Virus record (IMG/VR): IMGVR_UViG_3300036855_000043
Coordinates: 1 to 35,324 of that record
DNA length: 35,324 nucleotides
Reading direction: 5' to 3' (one strand)
From: a virus
Taxonomy: Duplodnaviria; Caudoviricetes
The notes under the pieces were generated by a model. It worked only from the letters and a program-made list of their open reading frames with translations, did no database searches and had not been told where the DNA came from. Shown here piece after piece: positions 24,483 to 33,639 of this stretch (within the stretch, counting starts at the first letter, position 1; each line of letters begins with the position of its first letter). A program made the translations under genes and the position numbers.

Positions 24483-26123
24483 GTGGCCTCTGAATCGCTC
24501 GAGTTCATCGCTACCGCGCGCGACGAAGCGTCCGGCGTCATAAGTGGCCTGCAGGCCAAGCTCAAGTCGCTCGGACCGGCCAGCAGCGGCGCAACCTCGA
24601 GCATCGGCGGCCTGAGCACCGGGATGCTCGGCGTCGTCGGTGCGTCGGTAGGAGCTGCCTTCGCCATCGCGGGCGTTGCCGAGGGTGTGGGCAGGATGGC
24701 CGCGGACTTCATCCAGGCGGCGCTCGACGAGCAGCAGTCCATCTCGAACCTGGACCAGGCCCTCAAGAACAACGTCACCAACTGGGACGGCAACACGATG
24801 GCCGTCGAGAGCTACATCCAGCAGCTGGAGAACACCGGCTACAGCGCGCAGGATCTGCGCCAGGGCCTATCGCAGCTGGTCGGCACGACCAAGGACGTTA
24901 CCAGCGCCGAGACTGACCTATCCCTGGCCACCGACATCGCGCGCGGCAAGAACATCGACTTGACCACGGCCATCACCGACCTGCAGCATCTCGCGGCCGG
25001 CAACTGGAAGAGGACGCTGGTGAGCCTCGGTGTAAGCACGCAGGGCGTGACCGACGCCACTGGCGCGCTCGACGCAATCATGACGCAGTTCGGCGGCGAC
25101 GCAGCGGCGTACACACAGACGACCTCCGGCCAGATGGACGTCATGAAGAACAAAGCGCATGACATGTCGGTCGAGATCGGCAACGACCTGATGCCCGGCG
25201 AAGAGGCGTATGTCAACTTCCTCTCCGAGGCGCTGATCCCGGCGTTGGGCAACGCGACGAGCGCCTTCGGCAGTTTCCTTGACTCGTTCGGTGACAGACG
25301 CAGTCTCGGCGGCGCGTCACAGATGGGCGTCCTGATAAAGACCGGCGTGGCCTCGCTCGCTGCTCAAGGGCCAGCGATCAGCGACATGATGACGAACGTC
25401 ATGACCAGTGGCGCGGGCAAGATTTTCGCGGCGCTGGCGGGTGAAGGCAAGAAACTCGGCCAGGACGTCGCCGATGCCTACGCGGCCGGACTGACTGATA
25501 CCCAGGACAGCGTGCAGACGGCCTGGAAGGGACTCCTCACTGCCGAGAAGAATCCCGCGAGCGCAGCCAAGCAGATCGCCCAGGTCCAGGGCGAACTGAA
25601 CTCCAAGGCGCTCGCCAAGGGTCTCGCATCGAGCGACCCGGACATCGTTGCCCGCGCGGAGGCTCTGCAGGCCACTCTTGAGCAGCGCCTGACCGAGCTC
25701 CAGACATTCGCCGGGCTCAGGGGCGCGGGCATCGATAACGCTCTGGCGAATGGCATCACGAACAACCTGCCCGTGCTGACCCGGGCCGAGGACAGGATCA
25801 TGCAGCAGATGGCGAATCGGTTCGCGTCCTCGCCATTCCTCAGTTTCCTTGCGCCGCCACGACCGCCCGCGTCCCACCACGCCGCCGGCGGCCCGTTCGG
25901 GCCGGGCGAGGTGCTCCACACCGGCGAATACGGCGAGGAGACGATCTACACCGGCGGCCAGTCGGGCTACGTCGTGCCCGGGCGCGGCAGTGGCTCGTCG
26001 GACGGCGTGCCGCCGCACTCCCATCCGATCTACATGAACAGCCGCCGCGTGGGTGATGCGGTCGACCAGCACATCGGCAAGCGCCTGGCGATGGCGTCAG
26101 ACGGCGACTACTCGCGAGGTTAG
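24483..26123 (+). CDS. Tape measure protein (short, 546 aa)
   Basis: IATARDEAS start, Ala/Gly/Thr-rich helices, LATDIARGK, C-terminal AAGG...GEYGEE motif. Confidence 0.9.
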   Translation: MASESLEFIATARDEASGVISGLQAKLKSLGPASSGATSSIGGLSTGMLGVVGASVGAAFAIAGVAEGVGRMAADFIQAALDEQQSISNLDQALKNNVTNWDGNTMAVESYIQQLENTGYSAQDLRQGLSQLVGTTKDVTSAETDLSLATDIARGKNIDLTTAITDLQHLAAGNWKRTLVSLGVSTQGVTDATGALDAIMTQFGGDAAAYTQTTSGQMDVMKNKAHDMSVEIGNDLMPGEEAYVNFLSEALIPALGNATSAFGSFLDSFGDRRSLGGASQMGVLIKTGVASLAAQGPAISDMMTNVMTSGAGKIFAALAGEGKKLGQDVADAYAAGLTDTQDSVQTAWKGLLTAEKNPASAAKQIAQVQGELNSKALAKGLASSDPDIVARAEALQATLEQRLTELQTFAGLRGAGIDNALANGITNNLPVLTRAEDRIMQQMANRFASSPFLSFLAPPRPPASHHAAGGPFGPGEVLHTGEYGEETIYTGGQSGYVVPGRGSGSSDGVPPHSHPIYMNSRRVGDAVDQHIGKRLAMASDGDYSRG

Positions 26124-26125
26124 AA

Positions 26126-26749
26126 GTGGCGCGATCGAAGGTCCCGAACACCAACGGCACGGGCGATACCAACTGGGACACGTTCGCCCGCGTCTATGAC
26201 GGCGTTACCACGGTCCAAGAGCTCTACGTTCAACGGTCTGAGCCCGCCAACGCGACCTATGACGCCGTGGCGACGCTCGTCCTGACGACGACGGGGACAG
26301 ATCATCTGTTGGCCTTGGCCGGCGACGGGATCAACTACACACGCCTCAAGCAGATCTCTGTTGAGCAGAGCCTCGGATCAACGGCGGGCCTCGCCGATCT
26401 GCGCCTGTATAGGACCTCCTCGCTGCCCGTCGTCGGCGGCGGCACGACGATCGTGCCACGACCACGCGATACGAGCGATGCGGCCTACGGGGGCGCGTGC
26501 ATCTCGCGACCAGGCACAAAGGGCACGGAGGGCGTGCAGCTTCTCCAGAAGCGCCTCTACCTCGTCTCGACTGCGGCGATCGGCGCGCAACCGAACCGCT
26601 GGGACTGGTATGCACACGAGGATGATGGACTGAAGCCAATCATCATCGGCCCAGCCACGACGGACGGCATCGCCCTGAAGATCGTTAGCGGCCTCTCGGG
26701 TTCTGAGGTTGACGTCACCTTTACCTTCACGGTCGACAGCTCGCTCTAG
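26126..26749 (+). CDS. Minor tail / structural protein
   Basis: GAGGT RBS; beta-rich; directly after the tape measure gene. Confidence 0.65.
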   Translation: MARSKVPNTNGTGDTNWDTFARVYDGVTTVQELYVQRSEPANATYDAVATLVLTTTGTDHLLALAGDGINYTRLKQISVEQSLGSTAGLADLRLYRTSSLPVVGGGTTIVPRPRDTSDAAYGGACISRPGTKGTEGVQLLQKRLYLVSTAAIGAQPNRWDWYAHEDDGLKPIIIGPATTDGIALKIVSGLSGSEVDVTFTFTVDSSL

Positions 26750-26752
26750 GCC

Positions 26753-29335
26753 GTGGGCAACACCCCGCTCTCGACGAACGTCTACGTCACGGACAACGCC
26801 TACGACACGCCGACGCTGATCGGCTGGGCGGCAGAGGCGTTGTCGCGCATGACGACGAGCATGGACACGCTCTTGGCCGGCGGACGGGCCGATATCGTCT
26901 TCGCCACGCCCAAGCAGATCAAGGCGCTGGGCGGCGTATGGGGCTTCACGAACACCAGCACCCGGCAGTCGCACGTCAATAACTCGCTGACGAAGGCGCA
27001 GACCGAGTACACGGTGCTCCACGAGCTCTCGCACATCGTCGACCCGGACACGCTCAACCACACCAGTCGCGCCGCGATCGCGGGGCTGATGCATCCCTCG
27101 GTGAACACCGCCACCTCGGGCTTCTGGGGCAACGGCACGGCCCAGAACGCACCGGCTGAGTGCTACGCCAACACCTTTCCGCAGGCCTTCACCGACCTGG
27201 GCGACGTCGCGGGCTCGTACTACACGCGCACCATCAACTCATCCGACTTTGGCACCTACCGGACCGACATCACGGGTTCGGGGGTGCCAACTTCTCTGTC
27301 TCTGGCGTCGATCGCCAACTCGGGTGCGTCGAACGTCAAGTACAGCGGCACGCCGACGGGCCTGACAGTCGGAGACTGGATCCAAATCGACACGGGCTCA
27401 AACGCGGAAGTGACGCAGATCACCTCTCTCGGGACGTCAGGCTCTGGCGGAACCGGCATCGGCGTCAGTCCTGCGCTGGGCTTCACCCATCAGGCGGGAG
27501 CGGCGATCGTCGAGACCAGCGCCCCATCTGTCGGCTCCGGGACCGGGGCAACGGGCTTCGGCGTCTACTCGCTGACCGTTCACGGCGTGCAGTACATCGG
27601 CCAGGTCCCATCGAGCTCGATCCGCATCGAGGAATCCGGCTCCGACGCGATCGCCACCTTCGAGTTCCTGAACGAGATCGAGGATCCGGACAGCGACCTG
27701 CAGATCGCCGGCGTGGGCAACGGTTACGACGTCCCGGCCGGGACCGAGTTTCCCGACGACCAAGTGATCCTGTCGCGTGTCGACACCGGCTGGCGCGTCT
27801 TCGGCGGCGTGCTCACCGGGGCTACCCGAGCGCATATGGCGGGCCCCGGCATCTCGCAGGCCATCCGCTGCGTGTCCTATGACTCGTGGCTCGATCGACG
27901 CTCCATCCCGGCATGGTGGACGACCGGCTCAGGCGCGCAGAGCGGGACAAAGATCAGCGACGACCGCCTGATCGTCGAGAACATCATCCTGCAGGACTCG
28001 GCGGGCAAGGTCGGCGGCGGCGTGGGGCTGATCGCCAACGACACCTACGTCAAGTCGACCAACGTCGCGATGCCGAAGCTCAACCTGCCCGACGGCACGC
28101 TGCGCGACCACATCCGCGCGGTCGCCGACGCCGCGGCCACAGCTGCGGATCCCACGCCGCGGCGCGCGTATGTCGATTTCTTCAAGCGTGTCCACTACTT
28201 CAAGGGCAACGAGGGCAACCCCGCGCCGTATCGCATCGGCGACGCGGTCTACGCGTCGACCGTCCAGGCGACGGCCGGCCTCGTGTCGTACTGGCCGCTC
28301 AACGAGGTGGGCGGCTCGAGCTGGTACGACGCCAAGGGCGGCCACCACTTCGCCATCTCGGGCTTCCGCGTCGTCGGCATCACCGCCGGCGTCGTCAACC
28401 AGCCGCAGACGGCCGCCACGTACTTCGCCGGCGCGACATCGGGCCTGGCGAGCTCGGCTGCCCTGCACCCGGGCAATACGTTCTCGGTCGAGCTCTGGTT
28501 CCAGCGCAACAAGACCGGCACCGAGCAGGTGCTCCTAGACGCCGGAACAGCCGACTACCAGATCGAGTTCGACTCGGGTGACCACATCAAGGTCCTCAAG
28601 AAGGGCACGGGCGCCGACTTCACGACCACCGCCACGTTCACCGACACGAACTGGCACCACCTGGTCGTCACGCACTCGGGATCCGCGACGCACGTCTACG
28701 TCGACGGCAACGACAAGGCCGGCACGGCGGCGCTCAAGAGCCTCGCGCCATCCACGAACAACCTATTCGTCGGCGAGCAGTCGGACGGCACGCTCAAGTT
28801 CAACGGCTCGCTGCAGCACCTCGCCTTCTACAGCGTGGCGCTGGCCGGCGCGACCGTGACGGCCCACTACAACGACGGCATCACGCTCGTGCCCGACTAC
28901 ATCGAGTTCGACACCGACTACAACACCGCTGTCTCATCGGTCTACATCCGCGGCGCGAACCCAGCCGGCACGGGCTGGTCGACCTTCAACGGCGTGCGCT
29001 CGCCGTATGGCGCGAACGCGATCATCGACCGCCAGGACTCGGACGCCGCGGCAACCAAGGCCGCGATCGAGACGGCATTCCTCAAGCGCGACGGCGCGAC
29101 CGTACAGGGTGGCTACTTCGAGATCACCGGCTACGACGGCTGGCGCGCCGGCCAGACGGTCAGCGTCGACGATGCGGGGCTGAGCGTGCTGGGCTCGTGG
29201 GAGATCAAATACATCCAGGGCGACGTGCAGCAAGAAGGCTCGGGGCTCATCACCTGGCAGGTCCACTTCGGCACAATGCCCTGGCGGGGCACGTTCGACA
29301 TCCGGCGCAAGAACCGGCGCCGGTCCAACAACTAG
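26753..29335 (+). CDS. Large tail-tip protein: N-terminal zincin domain, hub-like region, inserted LamG/ConA-like domain
   Basis: TVLHELSHIVD at 27020-27034 plus AECYA; VFGGVL and YVDFFKRVHYF hub-like motifs; LVSYWPLNE, FSVELWF, WHHLVVT, VYVDG, FNGSLQHLAFY (LamG). Confidence 0.85.
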   Translation: MGNTPLSTNVYVTDNAYDTPTLIGWAAEALSRMTTSMDTLLAGGRADIVFATPKQIKALGGVWGFTNTSTRQSHVNNSLTKAQTEYTVLHELSHIVDPDTLNHTSRAAIAGLMHPSVNTATSGFWGNGTAQNAPAECYANTFPQAFTDLGDVAGSYYTRTINSSDFGTYRTDITGSGVPTSLSLASIANSGASNVKYSGTPTGLTVGDWIQIDTGSNAEVTQITSLGTSGSGGTGIGVSPALGFTHQAGAAIVETSAPSVGSGTGATGFGVYSLTVHGVQYIGQVPSSSIRIEESGSDAIATFEFLNEIEDPDSDLQIAGVGNGYDVPAGTEFPDDQVILSRVDTGWRVFGGVLTGATRAHMAGPGISQAIRCVSYDSWLDRRSIPAWWTTGSGAQSGTKISDDRLIVENIILQDSAGKVGGGVGLIANDTYVKSTNVAMPKLNLPDGTLRDHIRAVADAAATAADPTPRRAYVDFFKRVHYFKGNEGNPAPYRIGDAVYASTVQATAGLVSYWPLNEVGGSSWYDAKGGHHFAISGFRVVGITAGVVNQPQTAATYFAGATSGLASSAALHPGNTFSVELWFQRNKTGTEQVLLDAGTADYQIEFDSGDHIKVLKKGTGADFTTTATFTDTNWHHLVVTHSGSATHVYVDGNDKAGTAALKSLAPSTNNLFVGEQSDGTLKFNGSLQHLAFYSVALAGATVTAHYNDGITLVPDYIEFDTDYNTAVSSVYIRGANPAGTGWSTFNGVRSPYGANAIIDRQDSDAAATKAAIETAFLKRDGATVQGGYFEITGYDGWRAGQTVSVDDAGLSVLGSWEIKYIQGDVQQEGSGLITWQVHFGTMPWRGTFDIRRKNRRRSNN

Positions 29336-29344
29336 GAGCTTGAT

Positions 29345-30202
29345 GTGTCGCTCGAGCGCATCCAGGACGCCTTCCCTGACTTTTCCGATGGCGTGTCGCA
29401 GCCGACGATTGACGATCAGGGCAACGAGCTGCTGACCACGGACAGCGCCGGCCAGGGCCCCCTCTCGGGATCACGCCTGCGCTCGGAGTGGTTGCGCGGC
29501 GTCGCCAACGGCGACTTCCACGATCCGCCAACCGACCCGTCGCGGGCGATCAACGACGACGTCGACGACGCCGACTACAACCCGCTGCCAGGCTGGACGC
29601 TGGTCGACGCGAGCAACGGGGCGATCAGCTGGTGGTGGGTCGCCGACAGCAACACCGGATCGGGCGCCCACGTCGAGGCGCGGGTGCCGGCCGGGCTGAG
29701 TGGGACGCTCAGCTCGTGGCTCACGCAGAGCGTCCCGGTGCGCTCGACGCCGCTGGGCGACCAGACCATCTCGGCACTCGCCGCCCTGAGCGCGGACGCG
29801 GGCAGCGCCGGCTCCACGGACCTGGCGAGCCTGACGATCAGCCAGGTCGACCCGAGCAGCGCAGCCATTGCCAGTGTCGGCACGGTCGAGGGTGACGCGA
29901 CGCTGGCCGATGCGGCACTCGCCATCCAGGCGCCGACAGCTGAGACAGCGCTGGCGGCCAACGCTGCCGCGGCCGTGCTGTCGATCGGTGTCCAGGTCAG
30001 CACGTCGAGCGCGCACACGGTCACGTGGTACGAGGTGCTGGCGGTTTATCCGCCGTCAGAGACGCTGCTGCCCGACATCTCGGACCTGGGCGGCCTGGCT
30101 GCCTACGACACGCCCGAGACCGCCGCCGGCGGCAAGCGCATCTATGTCGGCACGGACACGCCTACGGGCATGTCCGAGGGCGACATCTGGATAAAGAGCT
30201 GA
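29345..30202 (+). CDS. Minor tail protein
   Basis: VANGDF carbohydrate-binding-like start; C-terminal IYVGTDTP..EGDIWIK fibre motif. Confidence 0.75.
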   Translation: MSLERIQDAFPDFSDGVSQPTIDDQGNELLTTDSAGQGPLSGSRLRSEWLRGVANGDFHDPPTDPSRAINDDVDDADYNPLPGWTLVDASNGAISWWWVADSNTGSGAHVEARVPAGLSGTLSSWLTQSVPVRSTPLGDQTISALAALSADAGSAGSTDLASLTISQVDPSSAAIASVGTVEGDATLADAALAIQAPTAETALAANAAAAVLSIGVQVSTSSAHTVTWYEVLAVYPPSETLLPDISDLGGLAAYDTPETAAGGKRIYVGTDTPTGMSEGDIWIKS

Positions 30203-30205
30203 GCG

Positions 30206-31426
30206 ATGCCCACGATCGGAAGCAGTTCCAAGCCGACCCACTACTGGTGGGCCTTCGGCGTCAGCTCGACCAACCAGGAAGCCGAGCTGCTGACGATGCC
30301 CGAGGACGGCACGATCAACACCCTCGGCCAGTGGATCGGCGGCTGGAACACGACGTGCCGGACGAAGCTGTGCATCTGGGACAGCAGCGGCGCGCTGCTC
30401 GGCCAGAGCGCGCAGTTCACGGTCGCCGATAAGGGCGACGGCGCGGACGGCAACGTCGATCTCTACACCGCCGACCTGACCGCCGGCGTGCATCTCTCCG
30501 CCGGCGACACGTTCTTCGTCGGTTTCTCGCGCAACCCGGCAGACAAGCACCAGGTCTCGGGCGGCAACGCGGGCAGCGGACCGCACTACGACAACACCAA
30601 GGCGTCGTGGCCGGACGTGCTCAGCGGCGCCACGACCGTCGCCCGGCGCATCGGCTCGTATGTCGCCGACTACACGCCCGAATCGGGCGGCGGCGGTGGC
30701 GGCGGAAGCACAGGCGCCTATCCCACCGCGGACTCAAAGAGTGGCACGCCGGCGTCGTCCACCTCGTGGACGGTGACCTACCCGTCAAGCATCAGCGCCG
30801 GCGACCTGATCCTCGTCGCGGCGACCGTGAGCAACGACACGACGATGAGCGCCAGCGGCTTCACACTCCTGCTCGATGTCGGGAGCGGTGCGTCGATCGC
30901 CCACCTGAAGGTGCTGGGCAAGGTCGCCGCGGGCGGCGAGTCCGGGACATTCACGCTCACGCTCGGCACCGCCCGCGCGGGCGAGTGGCAGGCCATCCAC
31001 ATACCGGCCGCGTCGTGGTACGGCGGCGCGCTGTCGGCGGGCAGCACGATCAACGCGAGCACCGGCTTCAACGCGGCCACCAGTTCCAGCGGCAGCGGCA
31101 ATGCCGACCCGCCCAGCCTCACGCCCGCGTGGGGTGACGGAGACAACATCTGGCTGGCCATGCTGGCCGTCTTCGGCAGCTCCGGCATCGCGATCTCTGG
31201 GGCGCCGTCCGGCTTTGGCGACCTGGCGACGGTCTACGCCGCGGCGGCCACGCATGGCAACGCGATCGCCGATGAGCTGCTCGATGCGACGAGCCTCGAT
31301 CCGGCAACCTTCACGGTCAGCCCGGCACCGGGCAACAGCGTCGCGGCGACCATCGCCATCAGGCCTAACGCACCAGCCAACGGCATCTACATCTACCGCT
31401 CGGGCGCCTGGACGCTCGTGAGCTAG
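30206..31426 (+). CDS. Tail fibre / receptor-binding protein
   Basis: Two beta-rich domains joined by a poly-Gly linker; AGDLILVAA motif; last late gene. Confidence 0.75.
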   Translation: MPTIGSSSKPTHYWWAFGVSSTNQEAELLTMPEDGTINTLGQWIGGWNTTCRTKLCIWDSSGALLGQSAQFTVADKGDGADGNVDLYTADLTAGVHLSAGDTFFVGFSRNPADKHQVSGGNAGSGPHYDNTKASWPDVLSGATTVARRIGSYVADYTPESGGGGGGGSTGAYPTADSKSGTPASSTSWTVTYPSSISAGDLILVAATVSNDTTMSASGFTLLLDVGSGASIAHLKVLGKVAAGGESGTFTLTLGTARAGEWQAIHIPAASWYGGALSAGSTINASTGFNAATSSSGSGNADPPSLTPAWGDGDNIWLAMLAVFGSSGIAISGAPSGFGDLATVYAAAATHGNAIADELLDATSLDPATFTVSPAPGNSVAATIAIRPNAPANGIYIYRSGAWTLVS

Positions 31427-31449
31427 GTCGTTTCCAGTCCTGTCCGAGC

Positions 31450-31480
31450 AGCCGTCCGCCTTTCGGGCGGGCGGCTTTTT
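31450..31480 (+). terminator. Rho-independent terminator ending the late operon
   Basis: AGCCGTCCGCC-tttcg-GGCGGGCGGCT followed by TTTT. Confidence 0.88.
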
Positions 31481-31490
31481 CGTATGGGCT

Positions 31491-31856
31491 TTACGCCGTC
31501 TTCGTCACCTCGAGAGTCCAGGACACGCAGCTCGACTCGACGAAGACCTTGTGCCTGCCAGCGCGAAACGCGTGGCTTGCGTCCGTCTTAGGGCTGTCGT
31601 CAGCCTCCACGATGTCATAGAAGGAGACACGCCCGTCGATCTCGAACGAGCTGTAGCACACGCCGCTGCTATCGGGCGTGTCGGCCATCCAAACGGTGAA
31701 CTGGCCGCGATGCGCAAGGACGAAGCGACCGACAGCCTGCCGCGGCTGGGCACTCCCGTAGGCGAAGTACTTGAGCGGGCTGGCAGCGACGGGCGAGGCC
31801 ACACCGAGGACCGCGCTGACTGCCAGCGCGACCGCTGCGAGGCGGGCAAACCTCAT
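31491..31856 (-). CDS. Secreted protein with Sec signal peptide (moron)
   Basis: MRFARLAAVALAVSAVLGVASPVAA-S; beta-rich mature part with two Cys; AGGAG RBS. Confidence 0.82.
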   Translation of the reverse strand: MRFARLAAVALAVSAVLGVASPVAASPLKYFAYGSAQPRQAVGRFVLAHRGQFTVWMADTPDSSGVCYSSFEIDGRVSFYDIVEADDSPKTDASHAFRAGRHKVFVESSCVSWTLEVTKTA

Positions 31857-31997
31857 GTGGGACTCCTCTAGCGTGTCAAAAGAGCTGTCACCGGATAGGA
31901 CGATCGTAATGGGCCGGATGCCGGTCGAGATAGCCAGCGAATCTCGTAAATGGTCGCTGGGCAGCAGGAGATCCGGCGTTGCCCGACGTCAGCGACA

Positions 31998-32420
31998 TCA
32001 ATCAACCGTGGCCGGACTTTGAGCGCGAACTGCGTCTGCGATTTGTGACAACGCTGCTTCGCCTCCAACGGAGTGCGCGACCAGTGCCAGCAACTCGGTC
32101 AGAAACGACGCGCTTTGTCGTTGTTCCTGGCGGACTTCGCGAACGGCCGCGGTCAGCTCGCGAATAGCGGCGACCAGATCGCTCCGGTCGTCAGCCTCGA
32201 CGGGCGCGGTCGTGCCAAAGATCCGCTCGAGCCCTTCGATGTTGTCGACGCTCGGCGACCGGCCTGATTCCCAGACCTGCACCGTGCTCTCTTCGGCCTC
32301 GTAACCAAGGTCCTTCAGCCGCCTCGAAACGTCTGCCGGCTTCCAGCCCATGCGTTTCCGCTCGTCGACGATCCACTGACTGACCGGAGGCTTTGGCTTG
32401 CGAGCCGCTCTGACTGCCAC
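31998..32420 (-). CDS. CI-like immunity repressor (XRE HTH, no S24 peptidase domain)
   Basis: ERKRMGWKPADVSRRL...STVQVWESGRSPS; divergent from the cro-like gene. Confidence 0.82.
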   Translation of the reverse strand: MAVRAARKPKPPVSQWIVDERKRMGWKPADVSRRLKDLGYEAEESTVQVWESGRSPSVDNIEGLERIFGTTAPVEADDRSDLVAAIRELTAAVREVRQEQRQSASFLTELLALVAHSVGGEAALSQIADAVRAQSPATVD

Positions 32421-32510
32421 GCGCCGACGTTAGACGAAAACTTGTCGATTGCGTCAGATTTCACGATTAGTTCTTGACAAGGTTGCGTAAGCCTGTCAGC
32501 ATCCGCGACC
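32421..32510. promoter_or_regulatory. Divergent cI/cro promoter-operator region
   Basis: + strand TTGACA (32474)-17 bp-CAGCAT with TGn extension; - strand TAACGT 6 nt before the cI GTG; TTGCGT(C/A)AG at 32449 and 32483. Confidence 0.8.
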
Positions 32511-32741
32511 ATGACAACGATGAACGAGGAACTCGTCAGCGGCCTCGAGCTGAAGCTCGAGCGGGTCGCACGCCAGGTCAAGGCGTCCGATCTAGCCGCA
32601 CAAATCGGTGTCTCTCGCTCGTACCTGTCGCAACTCGAGAGCCGTCACAGCGTCAAGCCCGAGGCCGCTCAGCGGTACCGAGCCGGACTTGCAACCTTTC
32701 CAAGTCTTGCAAGCCATTCAGAGAGCTCGAGCGCCGCGTGA
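32511..32741 (+). CDS. Cro-like XRE HTH protein
   Basis: LKLERVARQVKASDLAAQIGVSRSYLSQLES. Confidence 0.85.
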   Translation: MTTMNEELVSGLELKLERVARQVKASDLAAQIGVSRSYLSQLESRHSVKPEAAQRYRAGLATFPSLASHSESSSAA

Positions 32742-33028
32742 TGGCGCTGAGTACCGCTCCGACCAGCATCGCCCGTCCTGGGGCATCCACGGCGCCCACG
32801 CGCGGTCGTGGCCGGCCCGACATGGTCACGATTCGGGCGACCGAGCTCGACGATGCACAAGTCGAGGTCCAGGCACTGCGCGCCGAGCTGCGCGCCCTGG
32901 GCCGGCTGTCTCCACAGGCTGAGCGCGTCTACCGCTACGTCGCCACGGTCGGCGAGTCGATCGAGGCCGAGCAGATGTCCGCCGCGGTCGCCGCCTACCT
33001 GGCGCGTGCCGCGAAGAGGCATCCATGA
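32741..33028 (+). CDS. Hypothetical early protein
   Basis: TGATG and ATGA overlaps; helical C-terminus. Confidence 0.65.
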   Translation: MALSTAPTSIARPGASTAPTRGRGRPDMVTIRATELDDAQVEVQALRAELRALGRLSPQAERVYRYVATVGESIEAEQMSAAVAAYLARAAKRHP

Positions 33029-33135
33029 TCACCGCCGGCCTGCGGGTCTTCTTCACCGGCATGGCCTTCGGCTATGTCGCCGCCATCGCCATCGGCACGG
33101 TTGGCGTCGTTCTAGGAACGCCGGTGCGGCTGTGA
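33025..33135 (+). CDS. 36-aa hydrophobic peptide; not in the ORF track
   Basis: MITAGLRVFFTGMAFGYVAAIAIGTVGVVLGTPVRL; ATGA and GTGA overlaps. Confidence 0.6.
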   Translation: MITAGLRVFFTGMAFGYVAAIAIGTVGVVLGTPVRL

Positions 33136-33308
33136 AGCGCCTCGACATGGCGCACCCGGACACGACGCGTCTGGCCTACGACCCGCAGGAGGCGCCAGAC
33201 GACCAGCTCGACCTGACTTGGGCCGAATGGCGCTGGATCGTTGTCGGCTTCCTGGTCGCGGGCATCGCGGTCCTGCTCATGTCGCTCGCCGGCGGCGGTC
33301 CGTCATGA
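33132..33308 (+). CDS. Small membrane protein
   Basis: WRWIVVGFLVAGIAVLLMSLA TM segment; overlaps at both ends. Confidence 0.65.
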   Translation: MKRLDMAHPDTTRLAYDPQEAPDDQLDLTWAEWRWIVVGFLVAGIAVLLMSLAGGGPS

Positions 33309-33523
33309 CCGTCGACGCGCTGCTCGATGTCGACGAGCGCGACGCCGCGATTCGCGCACGTGTGTTCAACGAGGCCACGACTCCCGTCGCGCGCCCTGAC
33401 GCCACGACCGGTTCGACCGGGACACCTGCCCACAAGGGTGATTTCGACGGTGGCAATTCAGGGCGCGCGACGGTTGCCGCGGCCGCGCTCAGCGAGGGCT
33501 CGAGAGAGTCGGCAGTCGGGTAA
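33305..33523 (+). CDS. Hypothetical protein
   Basis: ATGA overlap; weak coding signal in the 3' half. Confidence 0.45.
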   Translation: MTVDALLDVDERDAAIRARVFNEATTPVARPDATTGSTGTPAHKGDFDGGNSGRATVAAAALSEGSRESAVG

Positions 33524-33545
33524 ACGGGCTCAAGGGCCGGACCGA

Positions 33546-33600
33546 GACCGGGCACGGCGACGGTCCGGCCCGACCGGGCACGGCGACGGTCCGGCCCGAC
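33546..33600 (+). repeat. 26-bp perfect tandem duplication
   Basis: GACCGGGCACGGCGACGGTCCGGCCC twice (33546-33571, 33572-33597) plus GAC. Confidence 0.92.
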
Positions 33601-33639
33601 GAGCCGGAATGGGGATCGAGGACAGGAAGGGACGAGGAG

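Noticed and set aside
33405-33425. tRNA T-arm-like GGTTCGACC
   Set aside because: No D arm, anticodon arm or acceptor stem around it.
33546-33600. Mini CRISPR array
   Set aside because: Repeats are directly adjacent with no spacer, and there are no cas genes; the 5313 nuclease is a stand-alone phage PD-(D/E)XK enzyme.
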